64,000 bases of DNA, taken from the NCBI GenBank assembly GCA_965140585.1, contig OZ223270.1:64001-128000 (forward strand), given 5' to 3'. This DNA comes from Spirochaetia bacterium (GTDB lineage Bacteria; Spirochaetota; Spirochaetia; UBA9216). A program made the translations under genes and the position numbers. The notes under the pieces were generated by a model that was not told the origin of the DNA, searched no databases, and saw only the letters and a list, made by a program, of their open reading frames with translations. This document shows, piece after piece, positions 18,837 to 28,157 of the stretch (position 1 is the stretch's first letter; every line of letters starts with the position of its first letter).

Positions 18837-19634
18837 TTAGTCCCCGTCAAGCATGTTTCCGAGCGCACCAAGGATACTGCCCTCACCCTGACGCCTGCCG
18901 CCGGTGTTTGCAGTTCCGACCTGACGCAGGATTCGGTCGGCGAGTCGGGCAAAGGGCATTGACTGCAGAAGCACCGTACCGGTGCCGCTTAAGGTTGCAA
19001 GAAACAGGCCTTCACCGCCAAAGAACATCGACTTAAGCCCGCCGGACTGTTCAATGTTGTAATCCAGGCCGGGTGTAAATGCAACTATACAGCCGGTATC
19101 AATGCGCAGGGTTTCATTGCGCAGGACTTTTTTTACAACAGTTCCGCCGGCATGAACGAAGGTCATTCCATCACCGCGAAGCCGCTGCAGAATAAATCCC
19201 TCTCCACCAAAAAAACCTGTACCAAGTCTCTTATTAAAGGCAATGCTTACCTGAGTTCCCATGGCTGCGCAGAGAAAGGCATCCTTCTGGCAGAGCAGTT
19301 CCCCGCCGAGCTTGCCAAGATTTATCGGTATTATCTTCCCCGGATATGGCGCAGAGAAGGCGACACGCTTTTTGCCGGTCATGCCGCTGTTTCTGAAATG
19401 GGTCATAAATATGGATTCTCCGGTCAGAACACGTTTACCAGCCCCAAGAAGCTTGCCCATGACTGAATTATCGGTTTCTGTCCCGTCACCCATTCTTGCT
19501 TCAAAGGTTATTCCGTCTTCCATGTAATTCATGGCCCCTGCTTCGGCAATTACAACCTCACCCGGGTCAAGCTCAACTTCAATAATCTGGATATCATCAC
19601 CCATTATTTCATAATCAATTTCATGACTGTTCAT
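18837..19634 (-). CDS. TIGR00266 / AIM24 family protein
   Basis: [49 protein letters not shown] repeats. Confidence 0.92.
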   Translation of the reverse strand: MNSHEIDYEIMGDDIQIIEVELDPGEVVIAEAGAMNYMEDGITFEARMGDGTETDNSVMGKLLGAGKRVLTGESIFMTHFRNSGMTGKKRVAFSAPYPGKIIPINLGKLGGELLCQKDAFLCAAMGTQVSIAFNKRLGTGFFGGEGFILQRLRGDGMTFVHAGGTVVKKVLRNETLRIDTGCIVAFTPGLDYNIEQSGGLKSMFFGGEGLFLATLSGTGTVLLQSMPFARLADRILRQVGTANTGGRRQGEGSILGALGNMLDGD

Positions 19635-19685
19635 TTTATAACTCCTGAATTTTTCTCCGGATTCCTTTATTGTACTTTTTCAGGC

Positions 19686-20680
19686 TCAATAATTCAAATA
19701 CATTGCGTAAGCACTGCCTGCATTTAATAAATGTGCATCATCACCCCGACAACCCGTCAATAATACTGAACCATCAGGGTTAAGTGTAGTACTGCTGCCG
19801 AATTCATCATCTTTGGCATCTGATATATTTGGGATCTTCTTTTCACTCCAGCTGCTTCCGTCATAATAATATAAATAAACACTTCCGGCATCTGTCACAG
19901 TTCCGATATCATCAGAACCTGCACCTATGAAAAAAACACCCCCGTTAGACGACATTGCAAGGCTTCCCCCGAAATGATATCCGGCAGCCCCGTCTGAAGC
20001 CTTGATTTTTCTTTCATCCCAGCCGCTGCTGTTATAGGTAAACAGATAAGCCGCACCGGCACTGCTTCCGTTGTCATCATCCTGATATGCACCGATGAGG
20101 ATCGTATTTCCATCGGCTGATACTGCGAGAGCTGCTCCGAATCTTTGATTATCCTGCCCGTCTGAAGGGATCAGTTTTTCGCTTGTCCAGGAACTGCCGT
20201 CATAGCGGTAAACGTAAACCGCCCCGCATCCCTCGGCAGCCTCATCATCCCAGCTCGCCGAAACTATACAAGCAGTTCCATCATCTGAAAAAACTGCATA
20301 CTCTCCAAAGCTGTCACCGGAGGCGATGGTGGATGGTGTTAAATCATCCATGGTTTTGACTGATACGGTGACATTATCAACAGCTTCAGTATTACCGTCG
20401 TCAGCGACCAGAGAAAACATATAATCCCCCTGCTCAGTTTCAAGAGTAATCTCAAATGAAGGAGAAATTAGATTCTCATCATCAAGGCCAATTCCGTTCT
20501 GCGAAATCCAATGGTAGTAATACGGCCTGTCATCTGAACTCTCAATTGTGCCAGTCAGGGTTGCGGTTCCAAGCCCCATTCTGAAATCTTCTCCTGCATT
20601 ACAGGTAAGAGATTCTCTGCATGATGTAAAAAAAGAAGAAAAGCAGCGGCCAACATGACATAAATGTTTTTTTCCGACAT
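19686..20680 (-). CDS. Lipoprotein with PKD-like domain and FG-GAP/integrin-like repeats; signal peptide separated by a one-base frameshift
   Basis: Repeats FG.ALA.S.DG..I.IGA..DD...GAAY.F. ATG 20680 gives MSEKNIYVMLAAAFLL, and the -1 frame continues FTSC...NAGED at the T7 run 20628-20634. Confidence 0.72.
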
Positions 20681-20949
20681 TTTTCTATCCGTATAAAAAT
20701 AGTTTTTCTATCCTTAATAAAATATCACTGCAGTGATTGAAAATCACGAAGAACTGTAAAGCAGAATACCGAGTATGAAGCAATTTTTTTTATAATAACC
20801 GAGAACCAACGCCTCACTTTTTCAACGTTGAGATCCCGTTAGAAAATTCACTATTACTTAATTTTTTTTATCAGTATTTTAACAAAAGATTGACTTAGGT
20901 TTGAATACCATTTATCCTTATATTATTATATTCATAAAAAGGAGAAAAA

Positions 20950-22095
20950 ATGTTTAAAAAATTTGTTTTAAGCACATTATCATTCTTCCTTGTGCTGTCT
21001 CTCTCAGTAGCCTCAGGTGCCGCAGAAGACAGTCAGAAGAAAACAGATTCAGAACCTGTGATGAGCAAAAAAGCCTCAGATTCTGAATACACAACAGGCC
21101 CTAACAATTCAATCACTGATGTTCCGGGAATTGAAGTCGGAAACTACCAGGAAAACTATCATGGTACAACCGTTATTTTTGCAACTAACGGAGCTGTAGG
21201 CGGTGTTGATGTAAGAGGTTCTGCACCAGGAACAAGGGAAACAGATCTTCTTGATCCGATTAATCTGGTCGACAGGGTTAATGCCGTAGTGCTGTCAGGC
21301 GGAAGCGCATATGGTCTTGCACCGGCAGACGGATTGATGCGCTGGCTTGAAGAAAAGGGAATCGGATGGCCTGCAGGAGCCGGTGTAGTTCCTATTGTGC
21401 CGGCAGCAGTACTGTTTGATCCGGGCAGATTCGGTCGTGAGTTCACCGAACATCCTACAGCTGAGTTCGGCCGGAAAGCAGCAGAGAACCTTTCCTCCGG
21501 GCCTGTCCAGATGGGTAACGTAGGTGCCGGAGCAGGAGCCATTGCAGCAGGAATAAAGGGCGGTCTTGGAACTGCCAGTATTGATATTGGAAACGGCGTA
21601 ATTGTCGGAGCAATCGTTGCCGTAAATGCCGGAGGAAGCACAGTTAATCCAAAAACAGGAGAACTCTACGGAGCATATCTTGAAATAGGCGATGAGTTTG
21701 CTATTTACTCAGATCCTGATGCACTGGCTTCAGCAAATGTTGATACGGACAGCGAACCTGTAAAAAATACAACCATAGCCTGTATCGCTACAAACGTAAA
21801 ACTCACAAAGGCGCAGGCAAAAAAAATTGCCGAAATGGCACACGACGGAATGGCAAGAGCCATCAGACCCTCACACACTATGTTTGACGGTGATACAATC
21901 TTCGTACTGGGAACAGGCGAACTGTCTCCTGAAGTACTTCAGCAGGAAGCAACATGGGGTTACATGCCGGCAAACATAAACAAAATCGGAGCTGCTGCTG
22001 CCGACACACTCACAAGAGCAATTGTGCATGCAATGCTCAGCGCTGAAAGTGTTGGAGAAGTAAAGAGCTACAGAGATACTTATCTTTCAAAATAA
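20950..22095 (+). CDS. P1/S58 family (DmpA-like) peptidase with signal peptide
   Basis: NSITDVPGI.VG, GVDVRGSAPGTRETD, LSGGSAYGL, GNVGAGAG, NTT, AHDG.ARAI.P.HT.FDGDT. Confidence 0.92.
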   Translation: MFKKFVLSTLSFFLVLSLSVASGAAEDSQKKTDSEPVMSKKASDSEYTTGPNNSITDVPGIEVGNYQENYHGTTVIFATNGAVGGVDVRGSAPGTRETDLLDPINLVDRVNAVVLSGGSAYGLAPADGLMRWLEEKGIGWPAGAGVVPIVPAAVLFDPGRFGREFTEHPTAEFGRKAAENLSSGPVQMGNVGAGAGAIAAGIKGGLGTASIDIGNGVIVGAIVAVNAGGSTVNPKTGELYGAYLEIGDEFAIYSDPDALASANVDTDSEPVKNTTIACIATNVKLTKAQAKKIAEMAHDGMARAIRPSHTMFDGDTIFVLGTGELSPEVLQQEATWGYMPANINKIGAAAADTLTRAIVHAMLSAESVGEVKSYRDTYLSK

Positions 22096-22112
22096 GCTGA
22101 TTTATCAGACTC

Positions 22113-22146
22113 AAAAAAAACCGGGGAGAAACACCCCGGTTTTTTT
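22113..22146. terminator. Bidirectional intrinsic terminator
   Basis: A-run-CCGGGG-AGAAACA-CCCCGG-T-run between convergent genes. Confidence 0.8.
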
Positions 22147-22161
22147 ATAAATATGCACTTT

Positions 22162-22202
22162 CTTTCCACAGATTTATCACAAGTTTCCACATGTTTTCCA
22201 CA
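22162..22202 (+). repeat. Four phased DnaA-box-like direct repeats
   Basis: CTTTCCACA 22162, TTTATCACA 22173, GTTTCCACA 22183, TTTTCCACA 22194 (0-1 mismatch to TTWTNCACA). Confidence 0.5.
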
Positions 22203-22212
22203 GATTGTTAAA

Positions 22213-22542
22213 TCAGTCCCTGCAGCGTTCCCTCCATTTACGGCTTCCGCGGCTTGATCCCTTGCCTCCACCCCCGAAGAATGCAGAAACTCCAAGGATA
22301 AAACCGAAGTTATACCAACCGCCGTTGTTATGAATCTCGTAGACATTAACCTTGTCGGAAAAAAGTGAAATTATAAAAGTGAACAGGGCTATAAATCCGT
22401 GCCACAGGCCCATAAAGAACCCGGCGACATCCCCTTCAACATCCTCCAGACCCTTAAACTCATTAGGGCCGGCAGCACAGGATGTAAGAGTCATAAGAAT
22501 AACGGCTGAAATTATAAGCAGTACTATAATTGTTTTTTTCAT
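22213..22542 (-). CDS. Small lipoprotein/membrane protein
   Basis: MKKTII...LTSC lipobox; AGFF.GLWHG...VYEIHNNGGWYNFGF.LG. Confidence 0.75.
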   Translation of the reverse strand: MKKTIIVLLIISAVILMTLTSCAAGPNEFKGLEDVEGDVAGFFMGLWHGFIALFTFIISLFSDKVNVYEIHNNGGWYNFGFILGVSAFFGGGGKGSSRGSRKWRERCRD

Positions 22543-22634
22543 AAATTGGTTAACCTCCGAATATTTAACATTGTTTTGCTGATAAACTGTTACAATATTG
22601 TACACCCGGATCCTGGTTTTATTCACAATAAGCG

Positions 22635-23513
22635 CTATTTGGCTGCTTTTTTACCCCTAAAATAAAGAAAAAGTGCCGAACCCAGTATCAGGACTGCGCC
22701 TCCTATTGAAAAGGCATCGGGAATCTCTCCAAAAAAAACAACTGCAATCAGCGCAGAAAATACAACATGAGTATAGTTATAAATGGCTACCTCAGAGGCT
22801 GAGCCGTATGAGTATGCAAGCGTTAAAAAAAACTGACCAGCGGCAGAAAAAAGCCCAGTTGCAATGAGGGCAGCCAGCTCGGACGCAGTAGGCGCTGTCC
22901 AGACCCTGAGGAAGGGGAAAATTAAAAAGATAATCGATATTCCGGAAAACCAGAAAATAATAACGAGAGAGTTCTCACTGCCACGGAGCGAGGCAATCAT
23001 AGTGTAAGCCGCGGCAGCAGTCACCGCCCCTAAAAGTCCGGCGACAGCCGGAAGCAGCTGCATATTGAACCCCGGCTTTATTACAAGTATCATCCCGGCA
23101 AAAGATGCTATAAGCGCCGGGTACTGATATCGTTTAAGCTTCTGCTTAAGAAAAACAGCTGAAAATATAATTACAAGAATTGATGACAGCCTGTTCAACA
23201 GTGATGAATCAGCCAGAACGAGCTGCTCTACAGAATAAAAATAAAAAAGAACTCCGATAAACCCGAAAAGCGATCGCAACAATAGCTTCATCCGGTTCTG
23301 AGGCTTTCCTGCAAGAATCCTGAATCCACCTTTACGAATATCAGGTATGAGCATAATAAAAATCAGGAAAAAAATTATCAGATTGCGAAAAAATACCTTT
23401 TCGATGTAGGAAACACTTTCAGCATATTTTATAACCCCGCCCATACAGGCAAAGGAAAATGCCGACAGTATCATGAATGCCGGTGCGAGGAGTTTTTTAC
23501 TGTTGTGATTCAA
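22635..23513 (-). CDS. DMT/EamA family transporter
   Basis: About 10 hydrophobic segments; FFR, LLLRS..G, VIKPGF, AY.YG.ASEV. Confidence 0.9.
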   Translation of the reverse strand: MNHNSKKLLAPAFMILSAFSFACMGGVIKYAESVSYIEKVFFRNLIIFFLIFIMLIPDIRKGGFRILAGKPQNRMKLLLRSLFGFIGVLFYFYSVEQLVLADSSLLNRLSSILVIIFSAVFLKQKLKRYQYPALIASFAGMILVIKPGFNMQLLPAVAGLLGAVTAAAAYTMIASLRGSENSLVIIFWFSGISIIFLIFPFLRVWTAPTASELAALIATGLFSAAGQFFLTLAYSYGSASEVAIYNYTHVVFSALIAVVFFGEIPDAFSIGGAVLILGSALFLYFRGKKAAK

Positions 23514-23517
23514 ATAT

Positions 23518-24900
23518 TCAGCCGCCTTTTGATTCTCTAATGCAGGTTTCCGGGAGCACTATACGGAAAATTGAACCTCTGCCGTATTCGGACTCAAGCT
23601 CAACCCGCCCCCCGAGCATATCAGTATACCCTTTTACGATTGTAAGGCCCAGGCCCACACCTTCACGTACACCGTAAATACTTCCGCCGGCCTGTCTGAA
23701 CCGCTCAAATATAAGTGTAGCATCCTCTTCCCTTATCCCGATTCCAGAGTCTTCGACCTCAAGAATAAGTTCACCGGCCGAATTTAAACCGCTTCGGATA
23801 ACAACTTTGCCTCTCCTGGAATATTTGATTGCATTGCTTATGAGGTTATTTAGTATCTGTATGATTTTTATACGGTCACTTACTATCATCAGCGGTCTGG
23901 AACCTGCACAGCCTTCGGCCTCCAGAATGATTGAACCGTCCACAACAGCATCGTAGCTGAGGAATCCGCTTACTGTTTCATCAATTATTGCATTTAGATC
24001 GATATTCTCAAGCATCAATTCACATTCACCGGCTTCAATTCTTGAAACCTCGATTATATCATTCAGGATATTAAGCAGATTTTTAGCACTCGTATTGATA
24101 ATTTCAATATACTGTTCCCGCTGCTCCTCGCTGTCCCTGAAATCTTTCAAAAGCCTTGAGAAGCCGATAATTCCATTGAGAGGTGTGCGGATTTCATGTG
24201 ACATATTGGCAAGAAATATACTTTTAAGATTATCCGATTTCAGGGCGCTCCGGGTCTGCATTTCAAGCTCTTTCGTACGCTCATCTACACGCTGTTCCAG
24301 TTCATGATCTTTTAAAAACAGTCTGATAAGAGTTCTGTTATGCATCTGACTGAAAACTACTGAAATAAACAGAGTGATCATTATAATTACTGCATCAACG
24401 AGCTGCATTCTTTCAATATCAGGGGCGTGGAAAAGATGCAGAATTCCAACACCCGCAATACCGAGGATAACCGTATAAAAGGACCTAATCGTGTTTATTC
24501 CGGCACCAACGATCATCGCAAACAGAAAAACAATATAATCTTTTGAGATCACATACTCATGTCCTGTAGTCAAAGCAGCCCATACGATAAGTAGAGTATA
24601 ATTAAGCAGTACAAAAATCCTGTGAATGCTTTTAACATCATCTTCTTTATCAGGCTTGAACAGAAAAAACCATATCATAAAAACTGACTGAATTATAAGA
24701 ACAGGAAGATTTATTTTCATATAGTCTCCCGCCTTGTAACCCCATAAAAAACTGTTTCCGTTGGTCAGGACCAGAAGCAGAAGAAATAAACTCATAACAG
24801 GGATGACGACAGTAAGACGTTGATAATTTATCAGGAGAAGTTTTTTTCTGATATCGCTGCTGATTTTATGATCCATATCAACAAGCAATGAATAAGACAT
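23518..24900 (-). CDS. Membrane sensor histidine kinase
   Basis: N-terminal TMs; FLANMSHEIRTPLNG H-box, NLISNAIKY, DSGIG, FERFRQ, GVGLGL. Confidence 0.93.
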   Translation of the reverse strand: MSYSLLVDMDHKISSDIRKKLLLINYQRLTVVIPVMSLFLLLLVLTNGNSFLWGYKAGDYMKINLPVLIIQSVFMIWFFLFKPDKEDDVKSIHRIFVLLNYTLLIVWAALTTGHEYVISKDYIVFLFAMIVGAGINTIRSFYTVILGIAGVGILHLFHAPDIERMQLVDAVIIMITLFISVVFSQMHNRTLIRLFLKDHELEQRVDERTKELEMQTRSALKSDNLKSIFLANMSHEIRTPLNGIIGFSRLLKDFRDSEEQREQYIEIINTSAKNLLNILNDIIEVSRIEAGECELMLENIDLNAIIDETVSGFLSYDAVVDGSIILEAEGCAGSRPLMIVSDRIKIIQILNNLISNAIKYSRRGKVVIRSGLNSAGELILEVEDSGIGIREEDATLIFERFRQAGGSIYGVREGVGLGLTIVKGYTDMLGGRVELESEYGRGSIFRIVLPETCIRESKGG

Positions 24901-24927
24901 AATAGTGATTCTACTGTATAATCAGGT

Positions 24928-26253
24928 ATGGACGCAACAATTAACTCTATCGGCCGGAAAAAACTGGATGAAACCGCTAAAATCCAAGTTCCGTCCTCAA
25001 AATCACATACAATCAGGGCTCTTCTGATTGCTTCATTCGCCGACGGTGAAAGCAGCCTTATAAACCCGCTCGATTCCGCGGACGCCCGATCATGTATTGA
25101 AGCCTGCCGGGCTTTCGGTGCAGTAATCGATACAGAAAGCACCGCCGCTGACGGCACGGCAGTCTGGAAGGTCTCAGGAAACGGGGGAAGCTTCCCTGAA
25201 AATATACCGGCAATCGATGTCGGCAATTCGGGCACTACACTCTACCTGGCAGCCGGAATGGCAGCGCTTGCCGGCATCCCGGTACAATTCACAGGAGATG
25301 AGCAGATTCAGCGCCGTTCCGCAGAAAACCTGCTGAGCAGTCTGGAAGACCTCGGCGCCGAGGTCAGACGCATGGGAACAGGAGGCTGTGCCCCCTTCAC
25401 AATTAACGGTCCTATCACAGGCGGAAGCACGTCTATTGAGTGCCCCACAAGCCAGTACCTGTCATCACTGCTGCTTGCCGCCCCGCTTGCCGCCCTGGAC
25501 TCAGGTGTTCAAAGCGTAATAAATGTTCCGCTTTTAATGGAGCAGCCCTATGTTGAAATGACCCTGCGCTGGCTTGATGAGCAGGGCATCAGCTATAAAA
25601 ACAATAACTTCAAATCCTTCGAAATATCAGGCGGCCAGACCTACAAAGCCTTCACCCGCCCCATCCCCGGAGACTTCAGCTCGGCAACCTTCTTTATCTG
25701 CGCCGCTGCAGTAACCGGCTCAAAACTGACCTTTACGGGGCTTGATATAAACGATTCACAGGGTGATAAAGCCGTACTGGACTATCTTGAACAGATGGGC
25801 TGCAAAACTCTCCACAGCAACACGGAAATCACTGTCATCGGCCCCGGCCATCCGGAAAATCCGGATCCCCTGCTCAAAGCAGCGGTAATCGATATAAACG
25901 CTACTCCCGACGCCCTTCCGGCAATGGCGGTCACAGCATGTTTTGCAGAGGGCGAAACAAGGCTTGTAAATGTCGCCCAGGCCCGAATCAAGGAAACAGA
26001 CCGAATCGCGGTCATGGCAGCCGAACTTGGCAAACTCGGAGCAGATATAAGCGAACTTGAAGACGGACTGATTATACGGGGAGGCAACCCGCTTACCGGC
26101 TGCAAACTTGAAGGTCACGGGGATCACCGTATCGTAATGTCGCTTGCAATAGCCGGACTCAAGGCAGAAGGGACAACCACGATCACCGACAAAGAGGCCG
26201 TTGCCATCACCTACCCCGGATTTTTCACCCAGCTGAATAAACTTATAAAATAG
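24928..26253 (+). CDS. aroA: 3-phosphoshikimate 1-carboxyvinyltransferase (EPSP synthase)
   Basis: PSSKSHT.R, GNSGTT, TSQYLSSLL, PGDFSSA, RIKETDRI, DHRI. Confidence 0.96.
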   Translation: MDATINSIGRKKLDETAKIQVPSSKSHTIRALLIASFADGESSLINPLDSADARSCIEACRAFGAVIDTESTAADGTAVWKVSGNGGSFPENIPAIDVGNSGTTLYLAAGMAALAGIPVQFTGDEQIQRRSAENLLSSLEDLGAEVRRMGTGGCAPFTINGPITGGSTSIECPTSQYLSSLLLAAPLAALDSGVQSVINVPLLMEQPYVEMTLRWLDEQGISYKNNNFKSFEISGGQTYKAFTRPIPGDFSSATFFICAAAVTGSKLTFTGLDINDSQGDKAVLDYLEQMGCKTLHSNTEITVIGPGHPENPDPLLKAAVIDINATPDALPAMAVTACFAEGETRLVNVAQARIKETDRIAVMAAELGKLGADISELEDGLIIRGGNPLTGCKLEGHGDHRIVMSLAIAGLKAEGTTTITDKEAVAITYPGFFTQLNKLIK

Positions 26254-26270
26254 CAATAGAGGAGTTCAGG

Positions 26271-27296
26271 ATGAAAACATACGATCTGAGATCAGATACT
26301 GTAACTAAACCGACAGAGGCCATGCGCGAGGCAATGATGAAGGCGGAAGTCGGAGATGATGTATACGGCGAAGACACAACCATAAACAACCTGCAGGATC
26401 GTGCAGCTGAAATCACCGGTAAACAGGCGGCAATCTTTGTTCCCTCAGGCTCAATGGGCAACCTGATAGCAATCTACGTGCAGGCAGGCAAAGGCCGGGA
26501 AGTCCTAACCCATAAAAACAGCCACATCATCCATTACGAACTCTCTTCGGCAGCATCGATAGCCGGAGCCTCCGTTATCGGACTCGACGGGGAACGCGGA
26601 ATACTCACACCCGAAGCAATCAAACCGCTCATCCGTGACGACATCTACTACATGCCCGTCTCCGGACTGATTGAACTCGAGAATACTCACAACAAGGAAG
26701 GCGGCACCTGCTACACCGAAGCCGAACTCAAGGCCGTCTCAGAACTCGCCAAAGAACACAGCCTTCCTGTCCACATCGACGGCGCACGAATCTTCAACGC
26801 AGCCGAAGCAACCTGCATGAGCGTAAAGCAGATTTCATCCTATGCCGACACAGTCACATTCTGTATCTCAAAGGGTCTCGGAGCCCCCGTCGGAAGCCTC
26901 CTATGCGGAAGCACAAAGTTCATAGCCGAAGCAAGAAGAGTAAGGAAGATGTTAGGCGGTGGGATGCGGCAGGCCGGTATACTGGCAGCGGCAGGCCTCT
27001 ATGCACTTGATAATCACGTCGAAAGGATAGCCTACGATCACGCCGCCGCAAAGGAAATAGCTGCAGCGCTTGCAGAAACATCCTGGGCTTCAATAGATCC
27101 GGCAAAGGTGGAGACTAATATAATTTTCTTTGAAACAACAGGCTGCAGCGCCTCAGATGCCGTTGAAGCACTCAGGAAGCAGGGAATCCTCTGCAGCGCA
27201 GCCGGCTTCCACGCTGTCCGGATGGTCACCAGCCTTGCCGTGGAAAGGGAAGATATTGGTCCGATATGTAAAATAATAGAAAGCCTGTCAATTTAA
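26271..27296 (+). CDS. ltaE: Low-specificity L-threonine aldolase
   Basis: DLRSDTVT, VGDDVYGED, SGSMGN, ENTHN, HIDGARIFNA, SKGLGAPVGS, GGGMRQAG. Confidence 0.94.
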   Translation: MKTYDLRSDTVTKPTEAMREAMMKAEVGDDVYGEDTTINNLQDRAAEITGKQAAIFVPSGSMGNLIAIYVQAGKGREVLTHKNSHIIHYELSSAASIAGASVIGLDGERGILTPEAIKPLIRDDIYYMPVSGLIELENTHNKEGGTCYTEAELKAVSELAKEHSLPVHIDGARIFNAAEATCMSVKQISSYADTVTFCISKGLGAPVGSLLCGSTKFIAEARRVRKMLGGGMRQAGILAAAGLYALDNHVERIAYDHAAAKEIAAALAETSWASIDPAKVETNIIFFETTGCSASDAVEALRKQGILCSAAGFHAVRMVTSLAVEREDIGPICKIIESLSI

Positions 27297-27306
27297 TGAC
27301 AGGCTT
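27281..27306. terminator. Hairpin between convergent ltaE and thioesterase genes
   Basis: AAGCCTGTCA-ATTTAA-TGACAGGCTT. Confidence 0.55.
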
Positions 27307-27311
27307 CTGCA

Positions 27312-27788
27312 TCACTCGTCGTAAAAGGCTTCAATCCCCGGATACATCATCTTTTTCATTGCGATCTTTTCAGGAATAGTAAAGTATTCCGCTGTCCCGC
27401 TTGTTACAACCTCGTCTTTCTCATTGTAGAGATCAACTGTAACCACAGCGATATTCTTCTTCATTTCAGTCAAACGGCCGCGCAGAGTCACCTTGCCTCG
27501 GTTGGTATAGGCTCCTCCGCTGTAGTTTACATCAAGCCTGGTTGTATAACCGGCAGTCTTCAGTTTTACAAAGACCACCCAGGCCGCAAGCTCATCTATC
27601 AGCGCGGCCCTTACCCCGCCGTGGAGGATGTAATTATATCCCTGAAAATAATCAGGGGCATCCCAGAGGCAGACGATCTCATCGCCGTCCTCATAAAATT
27701 CCATCCGAAGGCCGTGCTCATTATCAGGAGCACAGCCGAAACAATTATATCCTTCATGTCCGATAAAAGGGTTTCTAAGTTTTTTCAC
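27312..27788 (-). CDS. PaaI-family hotdog thioesterase
   Basis: CFGC...N..GL, QGY..ILHGG...LIDE. Confidence 0.88.
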   Translation of the reverse strand: MKKLRNPFIGHEGYNCFGCAPDNEHGLRMEFYEDGDEIVCLWDAPDYFQGYNYILHGGVRAALIDELAAWVVFVKLKTAGYTTRLDVNYSGGAYTNRGKVTLRGRLTEMKKNIAVVTVDLYNEKDEVVTSGTAEYFTIPEKIAMKKMMYPGIEAFYDE

Positions 27789-27836
27789 CTACACATAATA
27801 CACGTATTTATATTGAAAATCAAACATTCTCACATC

Positions 27837-27908
27837 CATACCCTAAAAGGTATATTTACAATATATACCTTTTAGGGTATAATTTCCAAATAAACCCTGG
27901 AGGGTATA
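27837..27908 (+). promoter_or_regulatory. hipBA sigma70 promoter with three palindromic operators TATACC-N6-GGTATA
   Basis: Operators at 27837-27854, 27864-27881 and 27891-27908; -35 TTTACA 27855-27860, 17-bp spacer, -10 TATAAT 27878-27883. Confidence 0.8.
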
Positions 27909-28157
27909 ATGAGCTTTATACAGGGATCAAATCAGCTTGCGGTAATTCTCAAAAGTTTCCGGAAAAGCAGAAAACTAACGCAGGCACAGACTGCAGAGAG
28001 AACAGGCCTGCTTCCGAAAACAGTGTCACTGCTTGAGAACAATCCCGACAGGAGCACACTGGACAGCCTGTTTAAACTACTTTCGGCTCTGGATTTGGAG
28101 CTACATATCACAGAGAAGCAGAAACCGCGTAAGTCTCCAGACGGCGGGGAATGGTAG
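27909..28157 (+). CDS. hipB: HipB-like XRE antitoxin
   Basis: LK..RK...LTQ...AE.TGL...TVS.LEN.P....L..LFK.L.AL; directly upstream of hipA. Confidence 0.88.
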   Translation: MSFIQGSNQLAVILKSFRKSRKLTQAQTAERTGLLPKTVSLLENNPDRSTLDSLFKLLSALDLELHITEKQKPRKSPDGGEW

